From: Chitinophagales bacterium
GTDB lineage: Bacteria; Bacteroidota; Bacteroidia; Chitinophagales; LD1
Assembly: GCA_044228435.1 (NCBI GenBank)
Contig: JBGAUW010000003.1
Location: 285,094 to 349,093 of the forward strand
DNA length: 64,000 nucleotides
Reading direction: 5' to 3'
Shown here: piece after piece, positions 1 to 10,248 of the stretch
Numbering within the stretch: position 1 is the first letter of the stretch
Layout of the letters: the number at the start of each line of letters is the position of its first letter
Notes under the pieces: model-generated
Databases searched by the model: none
Told to the model about the DNA's origin: nothing
What the model saw: the letters and a program-made list of their open reading frames with translations, nothing else
Translations under genes and position numbers: made by a program

Positions 1-32
1 TTCGCGCGCACTTTGCACACGCCATAGATTAC

Positions 33-2474
33 CTACATCAACCCATCCTTCTTCAACCTGTTCTTTGCCCCTGCATCCAGGCCTATTTTAATTTTCTCTT
101 TACCGCCGCCTTGTACGCGGAGGAACAGGCTGGCGCCGGTTTTGGCGGTTATGCCTATGTTTTCGGGGGTGTAGTTTACATCCTGCTTTTTAAAGTTGTT
201 CCACGGCACTTGTATGGTAAGGTCGGCTTTGCCGTTTACTTTGTATTTGCCCTGTATAAACAAGCGCAATACGTTGCTGGCAATTTCCATCCGCTTAATA
301 GTTAGGTCGGTGCCTACCAGGGTAATGGTATCTTTTATTTCATCGAAGGTTACATTATTAAAATCGCGGTTTTTAAAAATGTATTTGCCTACGTTAGCCA
401 GTGGCTCGAAGTTGCTGATTTTTCCTCCTTTAAGCGAGAACGAAAAATCGCCCTTCATACTATCCAGTATTGGCGTATAGGAAGTATCGATAGGCGACGA
501 GAAGTTTACGTTGGCGCTAAAGTTACCGTTGATGTTATCGGCGGTAACCGCTGTCTGGTAAAAGTTATCGGCGTTTAACATAAACTCCCGCATGTTCACG
601 TTCTTAATCTGCACTTTACCGGCCAGCTTATCGTATCCCTTACCACCGGTCATTAATCCGCCATTAACAGTTATGCTTCCTTTACAGGTGTTCAGGTTAA
701 AATCTTTCAACGCCATACCCTGGGTAGAGATGGTGGCCTCTCCCCTCACCTTCTGCGCTACAAACTTGCGGAAGGTAAAACGGTTGCTGGTAAAGTTTAA
801 GCGCAGCACTACATCATCCAGTAATTGGTCGATTGCCTGCGCCGCTGCGGTTGTAGCAGCGCCGGAAGTATCTTTAGGCAGCGCATTTATTTGAGAAAGG
901 TTTTTTTCGGTCAGTATGCTGCTAAGGTTAAACTGTGGTGCATCTAACACCAGGTTGCCTGTCATTTTCTGATTTTTATTGTTCATCATCCGGGTTACAC
1001 CATCTACATACCCTTTTACCGAAATTTGATTGCCGTTAAGCGCTGCGCTTAAATCTTTTATTTCCATTTTAAGCTGGTCGAAAACGATATCGCTGTTTAG
1101 GTTTGTTAGCTTCAGGCCCCGTACATCGTAGGCAAAGCCACCGTTGGTAATTTTAAGGTAACCGGTTAAGGTATCTTCACCCTTGCGCTGCGTGGCAGGC
1201 AGGTAAGCGCTTAATACGCCATTATAAGTAAGCGCGAGGTCCAAATCGCCACCGGTTAGTTTACAGCCACCTTTTGGCAATGCTTTATTAATTGCTACCA
1301 GCGGTGTTTTACAAGCGGCCGAAAGCGCGATGCGCAACGCTAGTAAATCGGTAATAACTACGTTTGCCGTAAGCGGTACGCCTTCTACATTTACAGATGC
1401 TACATCAAACTTAAGAGCCGAGTTGTGGTCGTCGTTCTTTACACCCGGTGCTACGTGGTTCATAAACAAACCCTTTAAAGTAAGGTTGGTAAAGTGTATG
1501 CCCGAGTAGGTCATGTTCGCATTGTTCAAATTAAAAGTAGCATCTACCTCTGGTGGAAAATCGGGTTGCACACCACCATGCACCAATACTTTTACATCTA
1601 CCGAATCTTTCAGTTCAATACCTTTCATGTAGCCTAATATTACATCTGATAATATTCCTTTCGCCGCATTAAAATCGGCCTTAGGGTTAGTAAATTCTAA
1701 ATGCAGTAAACCGGCGGGGGTAGAAAAATCGAAGTAGCCGCTGCCATCGTAAAACTGTTTATTCATTTCGAACTTAGATGGATGTATTACAAATTGCTTT
1801 TTAGCATTATCGATGCTCACATTCAAATCGAGCCCCGCCAATTGATTTTTAAAGAAGGCCCCTTTATCCTTTTTAAACATCATGCTATCTATTTGCATGC
1901 TGCCGTTTAGGTGCATAATGGGCAAAAGGCCACCGCCCTGGGTTTTGCCTTTCAATTCTACAATAGTAAAACTCATATGTTGCCCGCGTTGCTCCTCGTG
2001 AAAAATAAACTGCAGGTTACGTATGTCTATTTCCTTCATCCGAAAATCCATATTGGGGCCGTCGCCGTTTGGCTTATATCTTAATATATCGGCATTGAGG
2101 TAACCGGTGCTATCGCGTAAAAGAAAAAACTTGGCATCTACCATCTGTATGCTGCTAAAATCTACCTGCTTGCGAAACAGTTGAATCAAATTCATGCGCA
2201 GATAAATTTTATCGGCCTCAAAAATCTCTTTACCGTAAACTGAATCTTTTACTGATAACTGACGCAGTGTAAGTGCAATACGGGGAAAATCATTCAGCAG
2301 GCTCAGCTGCACCTTATGTATAGTTAATTCTCCTTTTATGTTTTTATCCAGCTTGGCTTTTACCTGTTTTATAAGGTCGGCCTGGTTAACCTCTACATAC
2401 ACAAGAATCCCCACTATGAACAAAATGAGCAATACAACAAGGCCGCCGAATACTTTTAAGAGTTTATTTACCAC
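33..2474 (-). CDS. AsmA family outer-membrane biogenesis protein
   Basis: 813-aa ORF. N-terminal signal-anchor helix (VFGGLVVLLILFIVGILVYV) is followed by a long beta-rich region, which is AsmA/TamB-like architecture. Recognition only. Confidence 0.65.
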   Translation of the reverse strand: MVNKLLKVFGGLVVLLILFIVGILVYVEVNQADLIKQVKAKLDKNIKGELTIHKVQLSLLNDFPRIALTLRQLSVKDSVYGKEIFEADKIYLRMNLIQLFRKQVDFSSIQMVDAKFFLLRDSTGYLNADILRYKPNGDGPNMDFRMKEIDIRNLQFIFHEEQRGQHMSFTIVELKGKTQGGGLLPIMHLNGSMQIDSMMFKKDKGAFFKNQLAGLDLNVSIDNAKKQFVIHPSKFEMNKQFYDGSGYFDFSTPAGLLHLEFTNPKADFNAAKGILSDVILGYMKGIELKDSVDVKVLVHGGVQPDFPPEVDATFNLNNANMTYSGIHFTNLTLKGLFMNHVAPGVKNDDHNSALKFDVASVNVEGVPLTANVVITDLLALRIALSAACKTPLVAINKALPKGGCKLTGGDLDLALTYNGVLSAYLPATQRKGEDTLTGYLKITNGGFAYDVRGLKLTNLNSDIVFDQLKMEIKDLSAALNGNQISVKGYVDGVTRMMNNKNQKMTGNLVLDAPQFNLSSILTEKNLSQINALPKDTSGAATTAAAQAIDQLLDDVVLRLNFTSNRFTFRKFVAQKVRGEATISTQGMALKDFNLNTCKGSITVNGGLMTGGKGYDKLAGKVQIKNVNMREFMLNADNFYQTAVTADNINGNFSANVNFSSPIDTSYTPILDSMKGDFSFSLKGGKISNFEPLANVGKYIFKNRDFNNVTFDEIKDTITLVGTDLTIKRMEIASNVLRLFIQGKYKVNGKADLTIQVPWNNFKKQDVNYTPENIGITAKTGASLFLRVQGGGKEKIKIGLDAGAKNRLKKDGLM

Positions 2475-2525
2475 AAGTTGGGGAGTTTGACGCCGCAGTA
2501 AAAATGTTGTGCCGCAATCCCAAAC

Positions 2526-2563
2526 CTCCCTAAATCCCTCCTAAAGGAGGGACTTCAACAGCC
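2526..2563. repeat. Short hairpin repeat (family B: CCCTAAATCCC-stem-TAAA-stem-GGACTT)
   Basis: Hairpin CCCTCC-TAAA-GGAGGG with conserved flanks, in the intergenic region between the divergent asmA-like and A2M-like genes. A second copy lies at 29601-29636, where the stem is shortened on both arms. Confidence 0.6.
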
Positions 2564-2751
2564 GGTTTAGCGCATACAGCCTTAAGCTACAGCCATCTCT
2601 CAAGTGAATCTATACAATTTCCTTTCAATAAAATTCCAGGAAGGAAAAGTATGCTAACCCGCTAAACATAATTTTTTGCAGATTGATTTAGAGAGGTTAG
2701 TATGGAATTTTTCCGGCCCCTGCATCTCTACTGCATAAAACAACACATACC

Positions 2752-5700
2752 ATGCAGAAGATGTTCAAACCCTTTAGAAGCTGTATTAATTTGTCTACTA
2801 ATTTCTTTTTGGCTCTTTTCGGCTGCAACCGCGGCATGTTTTCTTACCAGAAAAATTCCATTATGGCCGCGAAAACCTTTCTTGTTTCGCTCGAAAATAG
2901 CTCAAAAAGAATCTTACAATACAAATCAAAACAGCTTCTGAGCGCCGTTACACTTGTTCTACTATCGGTAACCGTAGTAGTTGCCGCCATTACCAACCTG
3001 GATATTGAAACCTTTGAAAGCGACTTTATAAAAACGCTGAAAGAAAAATTTAAGAATTTTTATGCCAACGCTGCACAGGACCGGGTGTATGTGCAAACCG
3101 ATAAAACATTTTACCAACCGGGTGAGACTATTTGGTTTACGGCCTACGTGCGCGATGAGAAAACATTAAAACCCAGCACCAACAGCGATATTATACATGT
3201 TGAATTTATAACACCCAAAGGCACCACCGAGAAGCATTTTAAAATAGTAGCTAAGAACGGCGCCGCACAGGGCGATTTTACTTTAAGCGGTCACCCCGGA
3301 GGCTTGTATAAAATAAAGGCTTACACCGAATGGCAGAAGAACGAAGAGAATAGCTACCGGTTTGAAAAAGAAATAACCGTGCAGAATGTGGTAATGCCCC
3401 GGTTAAAAATGAAAATGGACTTTGAAAAGAAGGCATACGGCAAAGGCGATGAGGTAGTTGCTAAATTGGAGCTGAACACAAACGCAAATAAAGCGTTGGC
3501 CAATACTAAGGTGAAGTTTAAGGCGCAGCTGGATGGTAAAGAACTGAAAGAAAGCAGTGCTACCACTGATGCCGACGGAAAAGTGAATTTAAAATTTACC
3601 CTGCCTAAAGATTTAAACTCGATAGACGGAACGGTAAACGCGCTGATTGAATTTGAAGGCAGCACGGAAAGTATAAGCCGCAGTGTGCCCATTGTGCTGA
3701 ATAAAATTACTATGGAGTTTTACCCCGAAGGCGGCGACATGGTAGCCAATGTAAACAGCAGGGTTGCGTTTAGAGCGCAAAATGAGTTTGGCAAGGCAGC
3801 AGATATAGAAGGGATAATAGTTGATAGCAAAGGCGCCTTTGTTACTAAGTTTAGCAGCTACCACTTTGGTATGGGCACTGTAGAATTTTTGCCTAAAACC
3901 GGCGAAACCTATATGGCCCGCATTACCAGGCCCGAGGGAATATTGAATGAATTTATTTTGCCCGAGGCCCTAAAGGCCGGTTACGTGTTGCAGGCCAACC
4001 CAAGCGCTACCAACCTGCAGTTAGGCATTAATAGCTGGCAGAGTGAGCAGCTATCGGTAGTAGCGCAAACAAGGGGTAAAATTTACTATGCCAAAGCTTT
4101 TAATGCGGTAAAGGGCGCTAACCAGCTTTATATAAATACGGCGCCGTTTCCTATTGGTGTATCGCAAATTACTTTATTCGATAGCAAAGGTATTGCGCGT
4201 GCCGAACGCCTGGTTTTTGTAAATAAAAACCAGCAGTTAAACATTGCCATTACTACCGGCAAACAACAATACCAGCCACGCGAAAAAGTGAATATGAACA
4301 TAAGGGTAACCGATGAAAACGGTTTACCGGTGCAAGGAAATTTTTCGTTGAGCGTGGTGGATGATAACCTGCTAAGCTTTGCCGATGACAAGCAGGGTAC
4401 TATACTATCGAAAATATTACTGGAGCCCGACCTGAAAGAAAAAGTAGAGGAACCCGATTTTTACTTTAATAAAAAAGAAGAAAAAGCCGACAAAGCATTA
4501 GACCTGCTGATGCTAACCAGCGGATGGAGAAAATACGCCTGGAAACAAATTAATGACGAAGACTTACCAGAGGTAAAATTTGCCGGCGAAAAGGCTGTGT
4601 TTAGCGGAATAGTATACGATGGATATAATGGTAAACCACTACCCGGTACGGAATTAAAATTAACCGCCTCGGGAAAAACAGCCATTACCGATAAAGAGGG
4701 AAAATTCATCTTTAGCAAATTTGATATTGCATCAAACAACCAGGTTACCATTTCGGCGGTTGGGCACCAAACACAAACGCAAAACATTTACAACTATGGC
4801 ACTAATAACGCTTATTACTTGTACGATGTGCATACCCGCCGTTATATGGAAGAGCAGATACCTATGGCTGGCGGCAGAGTTATGGATATGCAGGAAATGA
4901 AAGCGATAGATGTAGTAACTGTAACTGCCAGCAAATACGAAAAGAAAAAAGCCGCTGCACCTGCTCCGTTACGAGCCTTAAAAGATGCCGAAAAGAAACC
5001 CGCCGATGTAGCCGATGATATAGCCCCACTGGAAAAAGAGGAGTTGAATGAAAAAGCCGAAATGGAAGTATTAATAAATGCTAATGTAGGCGATGACCGT
5101 CTGGTTTTTTTTAAGGCGTTTGACAAAAACGTAGAAAACCAAAATGCCGTTACTTTTTACCGGGCTAAAGAGTTTGCCAAGAAAAATTACAGCGCTGCCG
5201 ATACTACCCGCAACGATTTGGCTACTACCGTTTACTGGAACGGTAATATAGTAACTGACCAAAGTGGACGGGCTAAGGTGGAGTTTGTAACCAACGATTT
5301 AATCTCTTCATTTAAAACAACGGTAGAAGGTTTTGGCGAAGATGGCTCGATAGGCCATGCCGAAGCGAATTTTGCCACCGGTATGCCGTTTAGTATAGAT
5401 GCTAAAATACCAACCGAGATGGTTAGCGGCGATAAAATGATGTTGCCGGTATTTTTGAAGAATAATTCGGCAGAAGAAATTCGTGGCAGAATGATGGTAA
5501 TGGCACCCAAGCAAATAACTATTACCCATAGCCAAATGGAAGTAACTATACCGGCTTACCAAACCAAAGTGGTTTATATAGAGGCTACTGCTGCCAACCA
5601 AATTGGTGCGGGGAACATGGAAATTAAATTTACATCGGATAAACAGAATGATGCCTTAACACGAGCTGTAAATGTAGTAGCCAAGGGCTTTCCGGCCAGT

Positions 5701-7272
5701 ATAGCGCTTAGCGGGCAGGATATGCAGAAAGAGTTTGCCATTAACCCGGTGAACGTGGTGCCGGGTTCGATGAAAGTGGATTTTAGCGCTTACCCAAATG
5801 TGATGACCGAACTGATGAGCGGAGTAGAATCGATACTGCGCGAACCATATGGCTGCTTTGAGCAAACATCTTCTTCTAACTACCCTAACATAATGGTGTT
5901 ACAATATTTAAAAAGCATGAAGATAGATGACCCCAAGTTAGAGGCCCGAGCCACCAAACTATTAGATGATGGCTACAAAAAACTGACGGCCTTTGAAACT
6001 AAAGAGAATGGCTACGAATGGTTTGGTGCGGCACCGGCGCACGAGGCATTAACCGCTTACGGATTGATGGAGTTTATGGATATGAAAGGCGTTTACAAAG
6101 GCGTAGATGATAAAATGATAGACCGCACCGTTAAGCTGCTACTTGAAAAACGCGATGGCAATGGTGGGTTTAAAAAGAATCCGCGCGCATTGGATTCGTT
6201 TGGCGGGGCCGATGAGGATATTACCAATGCGTACATTGTATATGCCCTAAGCGAAGCCGGCTATAAGGATATTGCGAAAGAACTGGCCGCTGTTGAGAAA
6301 GAGGCCCGTAAAAGTAACGACCCTTACCTGATGGCTTTATGCGCCAATGCCTTATTTAATGCAGGCGAAGAGGAACGCGGCGAAAAAATGCTGGCCCAAT
6401 TAATTAATGGGCGCAACGAAGCAGGTTTTTGGACAGGTAAAAAACACTCGATAACCCGCAGCGGTGGCGAAAGCTTAAAAACTGAAACTACCTCGCTGAT
6501 TTTATTGGCGCTATTAAAAGCTAAAAGCCCCGATGTGCTTTCGGTAACCAGTGTCGTAAAATATTTAGTAGGTGCGCGCAGCGGTTATGGTGGTTTTGGC
6601 TCTACCCAGGCAACCATACTTGCCTTAAAGGCACTTACCAAGTATGCTGAGTTTAGCAAAAAAACAGATGAGGCCGGCACTATTGAGTTATTGGTAAACG
6701 GCGCTGTAGTAGCCCAAAAAGATTACGCTAAAGGCGAACGCAGTAATGTGGCCATCACCGGCTTAGAAAGCTTTATAAAGCAAGGTAAGCAAAAAATTGA
6801 AGTGCGGTTTAAGGGTTGTAAACAAGCCCTGCCGTATGCTATGAACGTGGCTTACAGCACCTCGCTACCCGAAAGCGCCAAAGAGTGTGTAGTGAGTTTA
6901 GAAACCAAATTAGCGGCGCGGCAAGTGAAGGTGGGCGAAACCCTTCGTCTATCGGCCACGCTTAAAAATAAAACCAACGTGGGCCAGCCCATGACAATGG
7001 CTATTATTGGCATACCGGCAGGTTTTTCGGCGCAGCCATGGCAACTTAAAGAGATGCAGGAAAAAGGCATCATCGATTTTTATGAAGTAATTGGCAATAA
7101 CATAGCCTGCTACTACCGCAGCCTGGCACCCGGACAACAAAAACAGGTAAACCTTGATTTAAAGGCCGAAATACCCGGCGAATACGATGCCCCTGCATCA
7201 TCTGCCTATTTATACTACACCAGCGAACATAAAAACTGGGCAGCCACCGATAGGGTGTTTGTGAATCCGTAG
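2752..7272 (+). CDS. Alpha-2-macroglobulin family protein (MG domains, CarboxypepD_reg-like insert, thioester-type domain)
   Basis: 1506-aa ORF. The start is ambiguous: an in-frame ATG at 2863 precedes the hydrophobic anchor LLSAVTLVLLSVTVVVAAI. Thioester-type motif GCFEQ is at 5851-5865, followed by a TED-like helical region (YGLMEF, GGFGSTQAT). A CarboxypepD_reg-like segment reads FSGIVYDGYNGKPLPGTELKL. Confidence 0.8.
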   Translation: MQKMFKPFRSCINLSTNFFLALFGCNRGMFSYQKNSIMAAKTFLVSLENSSKRILQYKSKQLLSAVTLVLLSVTVVVAAITNLDIETFESDFIKTLKEKFKNFYANAAQDRVYVQTDKTFYQPGETIWFTAYVRDEKTLKPSTNSDIIHVEFITPKGTTEKHFKIVAKNGAAQGDFTLSGHPGGLYKIKAYTEWQKNEENSYRFEKEITVQNVVMPRLKMKMDFEKKAYGKGDEVVAKLELNTNANKALANTKVKFKAQLDGKELKESSATTDADGKVNLKFTLPKDLNSIDGTVNALIEFEGSTESISRSVPIVLNKITMEFYPEGGDMVANVNSRVAFRAQNEFGKAADIEGIIVDSKGAFVTKFSSYHFGMGTVEFLPKTGETYMARITRPEGILNEFILPEALKAGYVLQANPSATNLQLGINSWQSEQLSVVAQTRGKIYYAKAFNAVKGANQLYINTAPFPIGVSQITLFDSKGIARAERLVFVNKNQQLNIAITTGKQQYQPREKVNMNIRVTDENGLPVQGNFSLSVVDDNLLSFADDKQGTILSKILLEPDLKEKVEEPDFYFNKKEEKADKALDLLMLTSGWRKYAWKQINDEDLPEVKFAGEKAVFSGIVYDGYNGKPLPGTELKLTASGKTAITDKEGKFIFSKFDIASNNQVTISAVGHQTQTQNIYNYGTNNAYYLYDVHTRRYMEEQIPMAGGRVMDMQEMKAIDVVTVTASKYEKKKAAAPAPLRALKDAEKKPADVADDIAPLEKEELNEKAEMEVLINANVGDDRLVFFKAFDKNVENQNAVTFYRAKEFAKKNYSAADTTRNDLATTVYWNGNIVTDQSGRAKVEFVTNDLISSFKTTVEGFGEDGSIGHAEANFATGMPFSIDAKIPTEMVSGDKMMLPVFLKNNSAEEIRGRMMVMAPKQITITHSQMEVTIPAYQTKVVYIEATAANQIGAGNMEIKFTSDKQNDALTRAVNVVAKGFPASIALSGQDMQKEFAINPVNVVPGSMKVDFSAYPNVMTELMSGVESILREPYGCFEQTSSSNYPNIMVLQYLKSMKIDDPKLEARATKLLDDGYKKLTAFETKENGYEWFGAAPAHEALTAYGLMEFMDMKGVYKGVDDKMIDRTVKLLLEKRDGNGGFKKNPRALDSFGGADEDITNAYIVYALSEAGYKDIAKELAAVEKEARKSNDPYLMALCANALFNAGEEERGEKMLAQLINGRNEAGFWTGKKHSITRSGGESLKTETTSLILLALLKAKSPDVLSVTSVVKYLVGARSGYGGFGSTQATILALKALTKYAEFSKKTDEAGTIELLVNGAVVAQKDYAKGERSNVAITGLESFIKQGKQKIEVRFKGCKQALPYAMNVAYSTSLPESAKECVVSLETKLAARQVKVGETLRLSATLKNKTNVGQPMTMAIIGIPAGFSAQPWQLKEMQEKGIIDFYEVIGNNIACYYRSLAPGQQKQVNLDLKAEIPGEYDAPASSAYLYYTSEHKNWAATDRVFVNP

Positions 7273-7420
7273 TGCTTCGACTGCGCCCGCCTGAACGGAA
7301 CGGGCAAGCTCAGCATGACCAATTCGCGGAAGCATGTCAGTCTGAGCGTAGTCGAAGACAAGTGCTTCCGCCAGCGCAAATGCCGCACTTCGACTACGCT
7401 CAGTGTGACATTTGCTTTTA
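7273..7420. repeat. Intergenic palindromic repeat (family A, GTCAxxCTGAGCGxAGTCGAAG arms), compound copy
   Basis: Arms 7336-7357 and 7388-7409 are near-perfect inverted repeats. The reverse complement of 7329-7371 matches 49669-49711 with one mismatch. An extra arm with a nested GCCCG/CGGGC hairpin lies at 7274-7320. Confidence 0.75.
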
Positions 7421-7509
7421 TTCTCAACCCGCTTAACAGAGCTTATAGGTTTAAACACCTGTAAGCTCTTACCTTTTCCTACATTTGCCCCCTCATAAAT
7501 TTACAGTTC

Positions 7510-10122
7510 ATGTTGCATCGCTTTTGTGTTATTGCCATCGTTTTATGCACGGTTGCAGCTTGTTCAAGCTCTAAAAATGCCCGTAAGGATAAAAATTCCG
7601 TTACCGTAGACTTAGACTCGATAGAAATTACCGCCTCGCGCGAAAACCCTTATCGCGCCACGGCCCCACGCGATTTTGATTTGCTGCACACCAAATTAGA
7701 GGTGCGTTTTGATTATGCCAACCAATATTTATTAGGTAAGGCCACCCTTACACTTAAGCCGCACTTTTATGCCCAAAGCACACTTACGCTGGATGCCAAG
7801 CAATTTGATGTGCGCCAGGTAAGCCTGGAAACCGGCGAAAACCAGCGCGAGAGCCTGCAGTTTACCTACGATTCGCTGGAGATTAAAATACAGCTAAACA
7901 GAAAATACGAAGCCGGCGAAAAACTGAAAGTGTTTATTGATTACACCGCCAAGCCGAACGAAAGAAAGAGCGGCGGCAGCGCAGCTATTTCAGAAGATAA
8001 AGGCCTCTACTTTATTAACCCACTAGGCACCGATACTACCAAGCCTATTCAAATATGGACCCAGGGCGAAACAGAATCTAACTCGTGCTGGTTCCCTACT
8101 ATTGATAAGCCTAACCAGAAAATGACCAATGAGATTTACATTACGCACCTTAAAAAATATGTATCGCTAAGCAATGGCACGCTTATTTCATCTACCCCTA
8201 TTAATGATAGCCTGGTAACCGATTATTGGAAAATGGATTTGCCACATGCACCATACCTGGTAATGATGGCCGTTGGCGATTTTGTGATAACGCAGGACCG
8301 CTGGCGCGATATACCGGTAAACTACTACATGGAGAAAAAATATGCTCCGTATGCGCGCCAGATTTTTGGCAACACGCCACAAATGATGGAGTTCTTCTCG
8401 CAAAAGTTAGGCTTTGATTACCCGTGGCAAAAATATTCGCAGGTAGTGGTGCGCGATTACGTAAGCGGGGCTATGGAAAACACCTCGGCTACCCTGCACG
8501 GCGAATTTATTAACCGGAACACCCGCGAGCTTTTAGATGAAACCTACGAAGATGTAGTAAGCCACGAGTTGTTCCACCAGTGGTTTGGCGATTTGGTAAC
8601 TACCGAAAGCTGGAGCAACATTCCGCTTAATGAATCGTTTGCCACCTATGGCGAATACCTGTGGAATGAATACAAATACGGCCGCGAGTATGCCGATTAT
8701 AAACAGCAGGATAATTACGACAAATACATTGATGAGGCCACGGATAAAAATGTAGACCTGGTACGCTTTTATTACAACGACCGCGAAGATATGTTCGACC
8801 GCCACAGCTACGAAAAAGGCGGGCTTGTATTACACTACCTGCGCAAAACAATTGGCGATGATGCCTTTTTTAAATCGCTGGAATTGTATTTAAAAACCAA
8901 CCAGTTTAAGCCGGTAGAAATTCACCAGCTGCGTTTGGCTTTTGAAGAGGTAACCGGTAAGGATTTGAACTGGTTTTTTAATGAGTGGTTTTTAAACTCG
9001 GGGCACCCGGTGTTGGATGTTGCTTACAGCTACGCTAATGATAGTGTGTATGTAACTATTGAACAAAAGCACAACACAGATAAGCCACTAACCTATCAGT
9101 TGCCTTTCAGACTGGATATATGGTATGGAAAGACTGTAAACTCATACCCGGTTATACTTAAAAAGAAAGCACAGGTGTTTGCTTTTAAAGCCCCGGGCAA
9201 ACCCGACCTGGTGGACTTTGACGGCGAGCGCGCCGTGCTTTGCGTAAAAAAAGAAAACAAGACGATAGAAAACTACATTTTTCAATACCAGAACACGCCC
9301 CTGTTTGTACAGCGCTTAGAAGCGCTTAAAAAATTGGCCGAAGCGCAAAAGAAAAACCCGGCGGCCAAACAGGTGCTGATAGATGCCTTTAAAGACCCTG
9401 CCTATAACTTACGCCAGTTTGCTGTTGATGAACTTGATTTACCTAAAGAAGGTGCCGACACTATGCTTGCTGCTTTGGTTGATTTAGTCCAACGCGACAA
9501 GGCTTCTACCGTGCGCCGCTCGGCCTTGCTTAAGTTAAGTGCCAGCAATGCAGCCGAAAAATATAAAGCCGTATTTGAAACAGCTGTTGGTGATAGCAGT
9601 TATGAAGTTGCTGCAACGGCGCTAAAATCCTTAAACGAGGTAGATTCGAAAAAGGCATTAGAGATTGCCAAGGGCCTTGAAAAAGTTGACAACCGCGATA
9701 TTGCCGGCAGCGTGGCCGATGTGTATGCCAAAGAGGGCGACGTAAGCTATCAGAACTATTTTGAAAACCGGCTGCGCGACCCTGAGGCTACCGGCAAGTA
9801 TTCACTGTTTTATTACTATGCTAATTTTTTAACCCGCATGGATAAAGCTGTGGTGTTGAATGGCATTAAAACAATTGAAGAACAGGCTATGGCCACCGAT
9901 AACCACTTTTTAATAGGCGGAGCCAAAGGCTCGCTTAAAAGAATAGCTAAGTGGTATGAAGACAAAAAGAAGAAAACGCAATCAGAAATAAACGCTGAGC
10001 AAGGCCAAACCGCCCGTGTTGAATTACAGCAAAAATTAAGTGACTACGACTTGATTGTAAGCGAAGCGAACGATGCAGTGCAGCGCGTTACTAAAAAGGG
10101 AGAGGCGAAGAAGGAGAAGTAA
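7510..10122 (+). CDS. M1 family zinc aminopeptidase (aminopeptidase N-like) lipoprotein with C-terminal HEAT-like repeats
   Basis: 870 aa. Lipoprotein-type signal ends AACSSS. GAMEN motif at 8467-8481 and HELFHQW(18)E zinc site from 8563. Confidence 0.9.
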   Translation: MLHRFCVIAIVLCTVAACSSSKNARKDKNSVTVDLDSIEITASRENPYRATAPRDFDLLHTKLEVRFDYANQYLLGKATLTLKPHFYAQSTLTLDAKQFDVRQVSLETGENQRESLQFTYDSLEIKIQLNRKYEAGEKLKVFIDYTAKPNERKSGGSAAISEDKGLYFINPLGTDTTKPIQIWTQGETESNSCWFPTIDKPNQKMTNEIYITHLKKYVSLSNGTLISSTPINDSLVTDYWKMDLPHAPYLVMMAVGDFVITQDRWRDIPVNYYMEKKYAPYARQIFGNTPQMMEFFSQKLGFDYPWQKYSQVVVRDYVSGAMENTSATLHGEFINRNTRELLDETYEDVVSHELFHQWFGDLVTTESWSNIPLNESFATYGEYLWNEYKYGREYADYKQQDNYDKYIDEATDKNVDLVRFYYNDREDMFDRHSYEKGGLVLHYLRKTIGDDAFFKSLELYLKTNQFKPVEIHQLRLAFEEVTGKDLNWFFNEWFLNSGHPVLDVAYSYANDSVYVTIEQKHNTDKPLTYQLPFRLDIWYGKTVNSYPVILKKKAQVFAFKAPGKPDLVDFDGERAVLCVKKENKTIENYIFQYQNTPLFVQRLEALKKLAEAQKKNPAAKQVLIDAFKDPAYNLRQFAVDELDLPKEGADTMLAALVDLVQRDKASTVRRSALLKLSASNAAEKYKAVFETAVGDSSYEVAATALKSLNEVDSKKALEIAKGLEKVDNRDIAGSVADVYAKEGDVSYQNYFENRLRDPEATGKYSLFYYYANFLTRMDKAVVLNGIKTIEEQAMATDNHFLIGGAKGSLKRIAKWYEDKKKKTQSEINAEQGQTARVELQQKLSDYDLIVSEANDAVQRVTKKGEAKKEK

Positions 10123-10166
10123 GAGACGGATTCTTAGTTAAGAAGTTCTACGGGGTTTTAAGACTT

Positions 10167-10195
10167 CCGAAGTTGAAAAAACTTCGGTTTTTTTT
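10167..10195 (+). terminator. Rho-independent terminator after the aminopeptidase gene
   Basis: CCGAAGTT-GAAAA-AACTTCGG stem-loop followed by T8. Confidence 0.8.
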
Positions 10196-10220
10196 GATTA
10201 AACCAAAACAGTTTACTTAA

Positions 10221-10243
10221 ATCAAAAAGTCATCGGATGACTT
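10221..10243 (-). terminator. Rho-independent terminator after the OmpA-family gene
   Basis: On the minus strand: AAGTCAT-CCG-ATGACTT followed by TTTTGATTT, 6 nt downstream of the stop. Confidence 0.55.
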
Positions 10244-10248
10244 GACTT

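Noticed and set aside
2702-2941. 79-aa ORF and the first 37 codons of the 2752 ORF upstream of the A2M-like hydrophobic anchor.
   Set aside because: It overlaps the 5' end of the A2M-like gene in another frame. The N-terminal 37 residues of the long ORF look non-native (Cys/Phe-rich), so the true start is probably the ATG at 2863. No separate gene is called.
7273-7420. Whether the repeated hairpin elements (7273, 25105, 46041, 49628, 54560, 61178) form a CRISPR array.
   Set aside because: The copies are tens of kilobases apart, belong to several sequence families and occur in both orientations. There is no regular repeat-spacer periodicity and no cas genes.
7210-7458. Two overlapping minus-strand ORFs (82 and 70 aa) downstream of the A2M-like gene.
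   Set aside because: They are read straight through the family A palindromic repeat and overlap the A2M stop. This is a typical spurious translation of REP-like elements.
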